The notes beneath the pieces are model-generated. The model was not told the origin of the DNA and ran no database searches. It saw nothing but the letters and a program-made list of their open reading frames with translations. A program made the translations under genes and the position numbers. Below, one piece after another: positions 1-8,652 of a stretch of DNA of 44,585 bases. The DNA lies in NCBI GenBank assembly GCA_013334735.1, contig JAAXXA010000001.1:1-44585 (forward strand), given 5' to 3'. Each line of letters starts with the position of its first letter. The first letter of the stretch is position 1. The stretch comes from Bacteroidota bacterium (GTDB lineage: Bacteria > Bacteroidota > Bacteroidia > Bacteroidales > CG2-30-32-10).

Positions 1-834
1 ATCTTGAAGAGTGTTGACTGTAGGATATGCCCATGCAGAAATAGTAAATGCGCTTGCCGCGTAATCAAAGGCAGTCCCTAAATCAATGTAACTAGGAACT
101 GTACGTGTAAACAGACCCCCTTGGTCTATTTTCCCATAAGTAGAGTTATAGGTAATTGTATGATCTGTTCCAGTATGACTATTGCCAGTAGCGTCATTAC
201 TGTTTCCTTCAAATTTCCAATAAGCAACTATGTTTGCAGCCAAATTTGCAGTAGTAACTGAAATAGTATTTGAATTACTACTTAAATTGCATGAGTTATT
301 AGCCCTTAAGCGATAGTAATAAGCCGTATTGCCGGAAAGACCGGTTACGATACAGGTGGTAACATTGCCTGCATTATTATTATTAAAGCCAGTTACTAAA
401 CTGCCAAAACCGCTACTTGTAGATACATCAAGATAATAAGATGTTGCTCCGTCAGATGCCGACCAGTTTGCTGTAAACTGGTTTTGGGTTGCACTTGTAC
501 CGGAAGTTGCCACAGGCGCTACTAATGATGTTTTTACGCTTATCCAGGATGAACCATTATAATATTGCAAATCATTGCAATCGGTATTGTAAATTATAAG
601 ACCCGTGGCGGGGGATGCAGGACGGTTTGCTGTTGTCAAGCGAGGTATAAGCAAACCCTGATTAGTACTACTTATATCGAGTGCTGCCGAGTTATCAGCT
701 TCGGCACCGGTAGTATTGATTGACACGCCCTGAGAAAAACAGAGAAAAGATAAAAAAAGGCATAAGGTAATAAAAAAGGCATAAGGCATCCGCCTATGGC
801 GGAGGCATAAGGCAAAAGGAGATTTTGTTTTCAT
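1..834 (-). CDS. Secreted modular surface protein, N-module family, C-terminus cut by the window edge (signal peptide + N-module + Fn3-like + start of LamG-like domain)
   Basis: Not in the ORF track because it runs off the window. Hand translation of the minus strand from the ATG (plus cat 832-834) gives MKTKSPFALCLRHRRMPYAFFITLCLFLSFLCFSQGVSINTTGAEADNSAALDISSTNQGLLIPRLTTANRPASPATGLIIYNTDCNDLQYYNGSSWI..QFTANWSASDGATSYYLDVS..AANIVAYWKFEGNSNDATGN. The frame is exactly 278 codons down to position 1. The leader is almost identical to that of 10719..13007. Confidence 0.85.
   Translation of the reverse strand, partial: MKTKSPFALCLRHRRMPYAFFITLCLFLSFLCFSQGVSINTTGAEADNSAALDISSTNQGLLIPRLTTANRPASPATGLIIYNTDCNDLQYYNGSSWISVKTSLVAPVATSGTSATQNQFTANWSASDGATSYYLDVSTSSGFGSLVTGFNNNNAGNVTTCIVTGLSGNTAYYYRLRANNSCNLSSNSNTISVTTANLAANIVAYWKFEGNSNDATGNSHTGTDHTITYNSTYGKIDQGGLFTRTVPSYIDLGTAFDYAASAFTISAWAYPTVNTLQD
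778..813. repeat. 15-nt palindrome TCCGCCTATGGCGGA flanked by direct repeats GGCATAAGGC, inside signal-peptide codons
   Basis: GGCATAAGGC (778-787), A, TCCGCCTATGGCGGA (789-803), GGCATAAGGC (804-813). On the minus strand it encodes ..ALCLRHRRMPYA... Confidence 0.7.
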
Positions 835-868
835 AATCTTTAATTTTAAATGAATTTTATAAAATAAA

Positions 869-2521
869 TCAATTGTCTTTAATGCAACGAACGCTAAACC
901 CGTATGTTTTTATATCGTCAAATCTGGTAACAACAGCATAATCGGAACTTATGGAGCGATGCCATGAATGAGTGGCATCTCCTTCTGTAGCTGTACGCCA
1001 GTAGCTGCCTATGCCACCATCGCCGAACGTACTGCTAATATCGCGATAGCCGGCCGGAAGAGCGTTGAACCCGCTACTATTATTAATTGCTTGATTGTTA
1101 CCCACATTACCTGATGTGCTATTAGCATTCCAACCTGAAGTTGCTGCCATTGATTTTGCAATGTTTAAAGAATATCCAAAATTAGTTCCAAGATAAGTAG
1201 TTAAACTTGTCCATTCAGCATCTGTGGGTACATGCCATCCCGTTGGACAAATACCCTGTACAGGTATGGCCGGTTGTAATGATACGGTGTTTGAACAGTT
1301 ATCTTTATATCCCATAACCTCAGCCCATTGGTATAGGCCTCCATAAGTTGTGCAATTTGCTTCATTATTACCGAAGCAGTATTTTTCTACACTGCCGTTA
1401 TTTGTTTGTTCTGAAGATGAATTTATATAAGATCCACTAGTGCTGTAATTCAGGTTTTTTGCCATCCAGCATTGTGTACCTATTAGAACTGTATTATAAG
1501 TTTTACTGTCTCTGCTGTCTGTAAAAATGTCACCGCATGCGAAGCAGGATGAAGTATTATAAGTTATAGTATTTGAATTGTTACTTGGTCCACATGTATT
1601 GTATGCTCTTACCCGATAATAATAGCTTGTAGCGCATGTTAGCCCTGTAACATTAAAGGTGGTTATATTTGATACATTTAAATTGTTATAACTTGTAAGA
1701 ATACCGGAAAAGGCATTATCGGTAGCAACGTCTAAATAATATCCAGTAGCGCCGGATGAAGTTGTCCAATTAGCTGTAATCTGTGTTTGAGTGGCTCCGC
1801 TGCCTGCCGTGGCAATAGGTGGAAATATTGATAAACTGTTATTAACATTCAACCAGTTTGTGCCATTGTAATATTGCAGATCATTACAATCGGTATTATA
1901 GATTATGAGACCTGTGGCAGGAGAGGCAGGTCTGTTAGCTGCAGTAATGCGGGGTAATAATATACCTTTATTGGTAAAATTAATATCCACTCCAGCTGAT
2001 GAAGACGGTGATACTGTTCCTATACCTATATTTGTTCCATTGTTATATAATAAACTGTTTGCAACCCAGTTAGAGCCGTCGTTTAGTAGGGTTTGTCCTA
2101 AAGTACCTGCAACCAAAGGACCTGTTGCTCCTGTTGCGCCTGTATTACCTGTAGCTCCATTGGTTCCATTAGTACCTGTAGCACCTGTCGGTCCTATTGC
2201 CTGCATCCATGCAGAACCATTGTAATAATAGTAACCGGTAGTGTTGTCGATTTGATAAATTAAGCATCCTGTAGCAGGCGCATGACCGGCGATACCATCG
2301 GAGCCAATTAACTGATTCCTCTGAGCCATTGTCATTCTTGGAATAAGTGCGCCTTGCGTTGTACTACTTATATCAAGGGCTGCCGAGTTATCGGCTTCAT
2401 TGCCGGTTGTATTGATGCTTACACCCTGAGCGAAACAATAAACAATTAATAATTGACAAATTACAATTAGCAAAGCATACATGACGTTTCTTGCGAATCG
2501 AAAGGTGTTTTTTGTTTCCAT
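869..2521 (-). CDS. Secreted N-module family protein: N-module x2, collagen-like GXY tract, Fn3-like, C-terminal TIGR02145-type (Fibrobacter succinogenes major paralogous) lectin-like domain
   Basis: Track ORF 869..2605 opens with a TTG (plus caa 2603-2605) and 28 non-signal residues. The in-frame ATG at 2521 gives METKNTFRFARNVMYALLIVICQLLIVYCFAQ/GVSINTTG and lies about 44 nt below a TAnnTTTG box. Motifs seen: GVSINTTGNEADNSAALDISSTTQGALIPRMT; GPTGATGTNGTNGATGNTGATGATGPL; QITANWTTSSGATGYYLDV..YYYRVRAYN; DSRDSKTYNTVLIGTQCWMAKNLNY..YGGLYQWAE..CPTGWHVPTDAEW..FSVRCIKDN. Confidence 0.85.
   Translation of the reverse strand: METKNTFRFARNVMYALLIVICQLLIVYCFAQGVSINTTGNEADNSAALDISSTTQGALIPRMTMAQRNQLIGSDGIAGHAPATGCLIYQIDNTTGYYYYNGSAWMQAIGPTGATGTNGTNGATGNTGATGATGPLVAGTLGQTLLNDGSNWVANSLLYNNGTNIGIGTVSPSSSAGVDINFTNKGILLPRITAANRPASPATGLIIYNTDCNDLQYYNGTNWLNVNNSLSIFPPIATAGSGATQTQITANWTTSSGATGYYLDVATDNAFSGILTSYNNLNVSNITTFNVTGLTCATSYYYRVRAYNTCGPSNNSNTITYNTSSCFACGDIFTDSRDSKTYNTVLIGTQCWMAKNLNYSTSGSYINSSSEQTNNGSVEKYCFGNNEANCTTYGGLYQWAEVMGYKDNCSNTVSLQPAIPVQGICPTGWHVPTDAEWTSLTTYLGTNFGYSLNIAKSMAATSGWNANSTSGNVGNNQAINNSSGFNALPAGYRDISSTFGDGGIGSYWRTATEGDATHSWHRSISSDYAVVTRFDDIKTYGFSVRCIKDN
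2114..2194 (-). repeat. Collagen-like GXY tract, 9 triplets
   Basis: Encodes GPT GAT GTN GTN GAT GNT GAT GAT GPL within 869..2521. Confidence 0.8.
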
Positions 2522-2564
2522 AATTTTTGTTTTTAATATTTGACCGAAAATAAGTGTGTAATTA

Positions 2565-2572
2565 CAAAAATA
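2565..2572 (-). promoter_or_regulatory. Candidate Bacteroidota -7 promoter box (TATTTTTG)
   Basis: Plus caaaaata reads TATTTTTG on the minus strand and matches TAnnTTTG. It lies about 44 nt upstream of the ATG at 2521. I found no clear -33 TTTG. Confidence 0.35.
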
Positions 2573-2710
2573 ATCTATTATATAATAAAATCCTATTTTA
2601 AACAATTAAAAATTAATGATTAAACAAAATGCTATTCGGAAACTTTAACTTTGGATATTGAAATTTTGATAATTGAAAAATAAATTAATAAATTAAAATG
2701 GATACTGTAT

Positions 2711-2759
2711 AACAATCAATAGTTAGCAATCAGCAGTCTGCAATCAGAAATCAACAAAG
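2711..2759. repeat. Degenerate heptanucleotide tandem array (7 units, consensus AGCAATC)
   Basis: Read in register from 2711: aacaatc aatagtt agcaatc agcagtc tgcaatc agaaatc aacaaag. The array is intergenic, 190-238 nt upstream of the ATG at 2521. Confidence 0.6.
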
Positions 2760-2826
2760 TGTGGTGAGAGATATGTTTCGTGTTTATTATTAACTAGATA
2801 CCAAACTTAATTGGGCATTGGCTATT

Positions 2827-3825
2827 TCATTTCAAGCAATCTAAAAGTGTTTTTTGCCTGAAGTCAAATCTGTCTGATTGGTCCTTTTTTTCAATTATAT
2901 ATCTGAATTTTAGTCCTTTATTACCAATGATAAATCGTTTCAAATATCCATGCTTATAATTGTATATTGTCCATTTTGAACCATGTCGTTTGTAAACCCA
3001 GCTAATACCGGACACTCTTTCATAATCTTCCTTATCGAAAATTATTTTGATAATACCATGAACAGAGTTTATTGTAAGTTCAACTGTATCAGTATTTATG
3101 AAAGAATAAATATTTAAAGCATTGTTTTTATATAAAACAGATTTCCTGAAATCAAACTGAAAATCTTTACATTCAATACCTCTGAATCCTTTATTTCCCG
3201 GTTTTTGTCCATGCAATTTTAATATATATGCATGCATTGATAGTTGTTTATTGTTGTCTAAAGTTACCACACTATATTTACTATTGCCATCCTTTACTAC
3301 TCTCCAAACACATTTGGAAATTTTTAAATAATCTGCTTTATCGAAAATAACAGAAAATGGATCGCTATTTCTACGGTAAATTTCCATTTTCATGGTATCC
3401 TTATCAATTATAGTATAAACATTTCCGGTTTCAGAATATTGGTTTCGCCTCAAATCCCATAAAGTTTTTCCTTTTACTTTTCCGCAAATACGAAAATCAT
3501 TATTGCCAATATATTGGCCGATTGTAGGCGATTTTTTACCTACGCTTGTGCATGGAGGACGCGTGCCTTTTGCTCCTCCCCAATGGTATTCTGAAACTTT
3601 TTCGTAATCGTCTTTTTCCAGAAGTATGGTATGTCCGGTTTTATTGCTTAGTTTATTAATAACTAATAACTTTACATAATGTTGATTTACCTTGTAAACA
3701 TTAGTGTATTTATATTTTTCGCTTTTGGATTTATCGGTATATCTATCTGGAATTATTGTTGTATAACTCATGTTTTTAAGATTTTTTAAGTTTTTTGTAC
3801 ATGTAAAGTCATTAATAGCAGTCAT
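2827..3825 (-). CDS. Hypothetical protein made of three tandem degenerate HNH_3/AP2-associated-like repeats (catalytic His/Asn positions not conserved)
   Basis: 332-aa ORF with an ATG start. It has three ~100-aa internal repeats, each with a hairpin motif (ILLEKDDYEKVSEYHW / VIFDKADYLKISKCVW / IIFDKEDYERVSGISW). Each is followed by a ..DxR+..L motif (KTLWDLRRNQY / FQFDFRKSVLY / DRFDFRQKTLL) where HNH_3 proteins carry vDH.ngn.LDNRr.NLR. The region is much more AT-rich than its neighbours. The start ATG overlaps the upstream stop (ATGA at 3822-3825). Confidence 0.7.
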   Translation of the reverse strand: MTAINDFTCTKNLKNLKNMSYTTIIPDRYTDKSKSEKYKYTNVYKVNQHYVKLLVINKLSNKTGHTILLEKDDYEKVSEYHWGGAKGTRPPCTSVGKKSPTIGQYIGNNDFRICGKVKGKTLWDLRRNQYSETGNVYTIIDKDTMKMEIYRRNSDPFSVIFDKADYLKISKCVWRVVKDGNSKYSVVTLDNNKQLSMHAYILKLHGQKPGNKGFRGIECKDFQFDFRKSVLYKNNALNIYSFINTDTVELTINSVHGIIKIIFDKEDYERVSGISWVYKRHGSKWTIYNYKHGYLKRFIIGNKGLKFRYIIEKKDQSDRFDFRQKTLLDCLK

Positions 3826-4004
3826 TTCCGTAATACATCTTCAATTTTTTCGATAACAGAACTAATTTGATGGCTTTTCCCGTAATAATATTGTAAAATA
3901 ATTCTATCATTTTCTTCGTCAAGTTTTTTTATCCCGCTTTTAATTAAATCAAATTCATTCCTTAATTCAGTAAGTAAAATTTTTAGTTTTTCTTCCATAA
4001 ACAT
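3822..4004 (-). CDS. Small (60 aa) charged, probably helical protein, translationally coupled to 2827..3825
   Basis: ATG at 4004 (a second ATG is at 3998). The sequence MFMEEKLKILLTELRNEFDLIKSGIKKLDEENDRIILQYYYGKSHQISSVIEKIEDVLRK has a heptad-like charge pattern. Its TGA overlaps the downstream ATG by 4 nt. I recognise no homology. Confidence 0.5.
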   Translation of the reverse strand: MFMEEKLKILLTELRNEFDLIKSGIKKLDEENDRIILQYYYGKSHQISSVIEKIEDVLRK

Positions 4005-4208
4005 CAGTTTTATATAATTTTACAAATACTATGATTGCGTAGAAAATTTGGTCTAAGTTGGTTAGTAATGCGAATCAAGGGTTAAATAAATTATTTTTGC
4101 TATTAAAAACACTAAAATGCAGTCAAGGTGACCTTAAAAGCGACTACTCTCAGTGCGATTTATAATAAAATACTTAGAATATTAAACTTCAACTCTTGAT
4201 TTGCATAT

Positions 4209-6026
4209 TTAATTAATATTTAATGATCTCCCTGTTTCTAAATAATTGACTCCGTCAAATACAAATTTAAAAATGTTAGTTTCATTTGGAGTAGTTGTTA
4301 ACGAGGGGGTTGTGATGCCAGACCACTTAATATTTGTAGGCCATGAAACTGCCTTTCCACCCGAGCCATTCTGTTTAATAATAAAAGTATAATTACCACC
4401 ATTCTTGCCATTTGTAAATATGAAAGAACGATTTGTTGCTAATGTAATTTCCTGCACATTGCTTTTATTCCAGTCAACTATGGCCGGGGTAGGAGTGGTA
4501 AAAGTTACCTCAATTCCATAACTTATACCAACTGAATTAACTGCATACGCCCTTACGTAATAGAGAGTACCCGCTGTTAAACCCGTTATTGAAGCTGTAA
4601 ATGCGCCGGTTGTACCGGCTGAAGTTGCTTTGTTATTCCCGGTTGTCGGAGCAGTAGAAGTATTCCAGCAAACGCCTCGCTCTGTTATTGTTGCTCCTCC
4701 ATCAGCGCTAACATTTCCATTCCCTATGGCAGTTGTTGCAGTAATACTTGTAACCGCTAGAGTTGTAATACTTGCAAGGTTGAGAGTAGTAAAAGTTACC
4801 TCATTTCCATAGCTTATACCAGCGGCATTAATAGCATACGCTCTAACGTAATATAAAGTGCCGACAGATAAACCTGTCATTGAAGCGGTAAATGCACCGG
4901 TGGTACCGGCTGAAGTTGCTTTGCTGTTGGCTGTTGTGGGAGTTGCAGAAGTATTCCAGCAAACACCACGCTCAGTTATTGATAATCCTCCATTTGCAGT
5001 TACATTTCCATTACCCGTAGCGGTTGTTGCTGCAATATTACTAACAGCCTGAGTAGTAACGCTTGGAATATTAAAAGTAGTAAAAGTTACCTCATTTCCA
5101 TAGCTTATACCAGCTGAATTAATTGCATAAGCTCTGACGTAATAAAGTGTATTGACAGATAAAGCAGTTATTGCAGAGGTAAATGCACCGGTAGTTCCGG
5201 AAGAAATAGCTTTGTTGTTTGCTGTTGTTGGAACTGTAGAAGTATTCCAGCATACACCACGTTCAGTTATTGTTGCTCCTCCATCTGCTGTAACATTTCC
5301 ATTACCTGTGGCAGTTGTTCCGGCAATATTTGTAACTGCTTGGGTTGTAAGGGTAGGATAAGTTGCCGGTGCCGGCTCAAGAACGAGAGTATATAAGAGT
5401 GGCCAATTCGATGAGCCAACCATGCCAAGACTAGCGCTACCGGCTGGAGTAATCGGACCTTTATCAATATTTTGTTGTGAACAAGTAGTCGCGGTTCTTG
5501 CTGTTTGACCAGATGGTTGAGTATATACAGCATTAGAAAAACTAGTCCCAACAAGCCACGCATTATTTGTAGTGGTTGTTACAGCGCAAGTTTGCGCCAC
5601 ACAAGCATTGTATTGAGGTGGCGTCTGCTGTTTTACCCCATTATATGAAGTAACAGTTGTGGTTTGGCTATCTATTGTTCTGTTAAGAGAAATTACAATA
5701 TCGTGAGTTCCTGTAGCCGGTCCAACAAGGTAATATAAAAAATCCTGTCGCTGCCGCGCATTAGTTAAAAGCCTTGTCATTGCAACTCCATTGTAAGTAA
5801 TACCCGTAACATCATCTGAGGCAGGATATCCAGTTTCGGTTGATACAATTAAAAAAGTATTTGTTCCTGAAACTGTATAAGAAAATGTTGAAGTCCAAAC
5901 CGGACCGGATGCATTATCAAAAGCTACCTGCGAAAAGAGGGAAATAGGAAGTAGAAATAATGACCAAGCAATTAGCGTATTAAATATTGTAAAATTTAAT
6001 TTTGTTTTTTCAAAGAATGTATTCAT
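4209..6026 (-). CDS. Secreted CTD-family protein: signal peptide + 'YNGV' domain + 3 Fn3-like modules (subtype 1) + shared C-terminal domain
   Basis: The track start at 6086 is a TTG (plus caa 6084-6086) that overlaps a TAAGTTTG -7 box. The ATG at 6026 gives MNTFFEKTKLNFTIFNTLIAWSLFLLPISLFSQ. There are three repeats of ..TTATGNGNVTADGGATITERGVCWNTS..TLYYVRAYAINSAGISYGNEVTFTT. The C-terminus is VDWNKSNVQEITLATNRSFIFTNGKNGGNYTFIIKQ..VSWPTNIKW..FKFVFDGVNYLE. Confidence 0.85.
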   Translation of the reverse strand: MNTFFEKTKLNFTIFNTLIAWSLFLLPISLFSQVAFDNASGPVWTSTFSYTVSGTNTFLIVSTETGYPASDDVTGITYNGVAMTRLLTNARQRQDFLYYLVGPATGTHDIVISLNRTIDSQTTTVTSYNGVKQQTPPQYNACVAQTCAVTTTTNNAWLVGTSFSNAVYTQPSGQTARTATTCSQQNIDKGPITPAGSASLGMVGSSNWPLLYTLVLEPAPATYPTLTTQAVTNIAGTTATGNGNVTADGGATITERGVCWNTSTVPTTANNKAISSGTTGAFTSAITALSVNTLYYVRAYAINSAGISYGNEVTFTTFNIPSVTTQAVSNIAATTATGNGNVTANGGLSITERGVCWNTSATPTTANSKATSAGTTGAFTASMTGLSVGTLYYVRAYAINAAGISYGNEVTFTTLNLASITTLAVTSITATTAIGNGNVSADGGATITERGVCWNTSTAPTTGNNKATSAGTTGAFTASITGLTAGTLYYVRAYAVNSVGISYGIEVTFTTPTPAIVDWNKSNVQEITLATNRSFIFTNGKNGGNYTFIIKQNGSGGKAVSWPTNIKWSGITTPSLTTTPNETNIFKFVFDGVNYLETGRSLNIN

Positions 6027-6083
6027 GTTTTTTTCTTTTTTACAGATAATGGTTTTTATTAAAATAATTATTGTGTAAAAATG

Positions 6084-6091
6084 CAAACTTA
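6084..6091 (-). promoter_or_regulatory. Candidate Bacteroidota -7 promoter box (TAAGTTTG)
   Basis: Plus caaactta reads TAAGTTTG on the minus strand. It lies about 58 nt upstream of the ATG at 6026 and overlaps the TTG that the ORF track used as a start. Confidence 0.4.
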
Positions 6092-6115
6092 ATATACAAA
6101 TAAATAATATTCTAT

Positions 6116-6165
6116 CTGGATTTTTTATGGATAGCCAAAAATTTTTATATGGATTTTTTATGGAC
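6116..6165 (-). promoter_or_regulatory. Phased ATGGAT hexamer array (4 sites in an 11-bp register) upstream of 4209..6026
   Basis: Hexamers start at 6116 (CTGGAT), 6127, 6149 (ATGGAT) and 6160 (ATGGAC). The spacings are 11, 22 and 11 nt. The array lies 25 nt upstream (minus sense) of the TAAGTTTG box. Confidence 0.6.
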
Positions 6166-6318
6166 TAAAAAAATAAAGCTCAGATAGTCAATTATTTAAA
6201 AAATACAAGAAAATGCAAGGGGATTTGAGTGGTTTAACACAAATTAAGCATTTTATTTTGTTGGTGATCCTTCACGGTGTAAACAAACAAGGGCACGATT
6301 GGTAATAGCAAAAATTTA

Positions 6319-8610
6319 TCAGGGAGCAGGCGCAAATGCAGCCATTATCCATAAAAAAGAACCGCCAGAACCTACATTAAAATTCATTGAGAAAGAACCG
6401 GCAGGAGTTATCGGACCATGATCATAAGTGTCAAAAGATTCCGCCCAATCCATTACACCACCTCCGGCAACATAAGTTGAATTAGTTCCTGGTGTAAGCC
6501 AAATAAATACTCCTGGAGCAGATGTTGCTAGCATAACAGAATAACAATTGTCAACTGTGGTTGTTACGGTTCCCGCTCCTGTTGTACCTGAACCTGTTCC
6601 TGTTGCCGAAACATTGAGTGGGGCGCTTTGATTTACACCTGTGTATGATTCTGCTATTCCTCCGAACCAATATCCCGAACCCGGTCCCCACATTTCTATA
6701 GTATTTGTTCCTGAGGCAGGATTGACTAAATACCAAATATTTGACTCGTCGCCAACATTACCGCCGTCAAGGTCTCCTTGAATTTGAGTAAGAGATACGC
6801 CATTATATTTTACAGCAGTTGCAGAGGAATGACCTTGACCTTCAGTCCATACAACAAGTAAACGGTTTGTTCCAGAACACGTATGTTGCCAAGTTGTATA
6901 TGTACAGTTGGGTCCTACGCTTGGGCGACTAGATGATGCGTCTCTTGCAATTAAAGTGGGATTAGTAGTTGTTCCGCTACCAATATTTGAATTTTCGCTT
7001 GCTCCGCAGGAATTATATCCTCTTACCCTGTAATAATAGGTTGTTCCGCTAGTTAAGCCTGTGATATTATAAGTTATCACATTACCCACATTCAAATTGT
7101 TATACGTTCCAACGAAAGTTGAAAAGTTTGTTGCAACAGAAACGTCTAACTGATAACTGGTTACGTTGGAAGATGCTGCCCAATTGGCTGTTATTTGTGA
7201 AGGTGTAGCTCCTGTAGCCGAGCTTGCAACCGATATTGCCGGTAAAGGATTAACCGTTACAGAATAATTTGAAGATATTGTTCCGTCTCCACAGGAATTA
7301 GTTCCCTTAACAGTTAAATTACCTGATGTAGCGCTTACGGAAAAATTAATTGTAACCGGGTTCGTTGATCCCGAAATTGTGGCTCCGGAACCTGAATAAG
7401 CCCAAGTGTAACTTGTTGCATCAGTTATAGATGGTACTGAATAAGAAACATTGTTTAGTCCCTGGCAAACTGTATTTGTTCCGGTAATTGTCGCTGCTGC
7501 AACAGGTAAGGGATTAACTGTTATCGGATAATTTGAAGATATTGTACCATCTCCGCAGGAATTAGTTCCTTTAACAGTTAAATTTCCAGATGTTGCGCTT
7601 GCTGAAAAATTAATTGTAACGGGATTTGCAGATCCTGAAATAGTGACTCCGGAACCTGAATAAGACCAAGTATAGCTTGTTGCGGCTGTTATAGCCGGTA
7701 TGGAAAAAGAAACATTATTTTGTCCAACGCAAACTGAATTTGTTCCTGTAATTGTTTCTGCTGCTGCCGGTAATGGATTCACTGTTACCGTGTAAGTGAA
7801 TTGATCGCCGTAACAACCGTTGGCATTAGGTGTAATCAGATATATTACATCTTTAGCTACTGCAGTGGTATTAATTAATGTTTCAGTTATTATATTGCCA
7901 GTTTGGCCAGATAATGCTGAATTGCTGATACCTGTTACTGATGCGCGCGACCAAGTATAAGTGGCGGTAACTGCGCTTGTTACAGTATAGTTCTGAGCTA
8001 CGCCACTGCATATTGAACCTGTTGCTCCGCTGCTAATTGCAGGTGTCGGATTTACCGTTAACAAAGTTGTATTTACTGCTGTTGCCGAACCGCAGGCATT
8101 ACTTGCAGTTAATGTATAGATACCGGTTCCCGCAGTTGTAATGTCCGAAATTACAGGGTTTTGTAATGTTGAAGTAAAACCATTCGGACCTGTCCAGCTC
8201 CAATTTGTTGCGCTTGTTGCATTACCAATTAGTAATAATGTATTTCCTGTACAAATTGTGGTTGAGGAAGGGGCAGCTGTAACAGCAGAAGGTGCGCTTG
8301 TGCAGCCACAAGCAATAGTCTGCCACACGCCGCTTTCATAAAATTCGAAACATCTTGTAGTTGTATTATAAATCTGAAGTCCTGTTGCAGGAGTGCATGA
8401 GCATTTAATTGCAATGCTGTCCCTTTGTAATGTTGTCATTCGAGTTATAAGGATTCCTTGGGCCTTACTGCTCACATCGAGCATAGCTGAATTATCGGCA
8501 GAAGCACCGGTGGAGTTGATCGCGGCGCCTCCAATCTGGGCGAAAGAAAGAAAAGTTGAAAAAAGGCATAAGGCAATAAGGTACAAGGCATAAGGTGTTT
8601 TTGTTTTCAT
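6319..8610 (-). CDS. Secreted N-module family protein: N-module + several Ig-like (PKD/HYR-like) modules + Fn3-like + C-terminal 'YNGV' domain
   Basis: The N-terminus MKTKTPYALYLIALCLFSTFLSFAQ is followed by INSTGASADNSAMLDVSSKAQGILITRMTTLQR. Two near-identical Ig-like repeats read ITGTNxVCxGxNNVSxSxPxITxATSYTWxYSGSGxTISGSxNPVTINFSxSATSGNLTVKGTNSCGDGTISSNY. An Fn3-like module (QITANWAASSNVTSYQLDV..TYYYRVRGYN) follows. The C-terminal ~210 aa resemble the N-terminal domains of 4209.., 25444.. and 34767... Confidence 0.9.
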   Translation of the reverse strand: MKTKTPYALYLIALCLFSTFLSFAQIGGAAINSTGASADNSAMLDVSSKAQGILITRMTTLQRDSIAIKCSCTPATGLQIYNTTTRCFEFYESGVWQTIACGCTSAPSAVTAAPSSTTICTGNTLLLIGNATSATNWSWTGPNGFTSTLQNPVISDITTAGTGIYTLTASNACGSATAVNTTLLTVNPTPAISSGATGSICSGVAQNYTVTSAVTATYTWSRASVTGISNSALSGQTGNIITETLINTTAVAKDVIYLITPNANGCYGDQFTYTVTVNPLPAAAETITGTNSVCVGQNNVSFSIPAITAATSYTWSYSGSGVTISGSANPVTINFSASATSGNLTVKGTNSCGDGTISSNYPITVNPLPVAAATITGTNTVCQGLNNVSYSVPSITDATSYTWAYSGSGATISGSTNPVTINFSVSATSGNLTVKGTNSCGDGTISSNYSVTVNPLPAISVASSATGATPSQITANWAASSNVTSYQLDVSVATNFSTFVGTYNNLNVGNVITYNITGLTSGTTYYYRVRGYNSCGASENSNIGSGTTTNPTLIARDASSSRPSVGPNCTYTTWQHTCSGTNRLLVVWTEGQGHSSATAVKYNGVSLTQIQGDLDGGNVGDESNIWYLVNPASGTNTIEMWGPGSGYWFGGIAESYTGVNQSAPLNVSATGTGSGTTGAGTVTTTVDNCYSVMLATSAPGVFIWLTPGTNSTYVAGGGVMDWAESFDTYDHGPITPAGSFSMNFNVGSGGSFLWIMAAFAPAP

Positions 8611-8652
8611 ATTTTTTGTTTTTAAACGTTTTTTAATCTTTGAAAAAATAAA

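Noticed and set aside
869-1400. A diversity-generating retroelement targeting the C-terminal lectin-like (TIGR02145-type) domains, whose ..YW....VRC.. ends resemble DGR variable regions
   Set aside because: The window has no reverse transcriptase and no template repeat. The C-terminal segments of the paralogs (869.., 8653.., 10719.., 13122..) differ at all base types and by indels, not only at adenine-templated positions. A TR/RT elsewhere in the genome cannot be excluded.
2114-2194. Collagen-like and poly-Gly repeats as slipped-strand on/off phase-variation switches
   Set aside because: The repeat periodicity is 3 or 9 nt, so slippage keeps the frame. The codons in the collagen tracts are also heterogeneous. 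At most this gives length variation.
1905-2225. Other plus-strand ORFs of 60-150 aa (for example 1905..2225, 4630..4812, 4858..5052, 5152..5361, 11755..12027, 31285..31692, 43207..43446)
   Set aside because: These are antisense shadows of the collagen-like, N-module and Fn3-like coding repeats. Their similarity to each other only mirrors the sense-strand paralogy.
4070-4204. An imperfect 12-bp inverted repeat (GCGAATCAAGGG at 4070-4081 and CTCTTGATTTGC at 4193-4204) as the borders of an invertible promoter
   Set aside because: The arms are short and carry two mismatches. No recombinase gene is in the window. Such matches are expected by chance in AT-rich spacers.
5267-5563. Same-strand out-of-frame ORFs nested in the large genes (5267..5563, 6551..6736, 26361..26723, 27042..27335, 35095..35400 and others)
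   Set aside because: They are fully embedded in longer ORFs with clear domain content. Their products are low-complexity (Q/L/V/M-rich) frame-shifted readings of Gly/Thr-rich codons.
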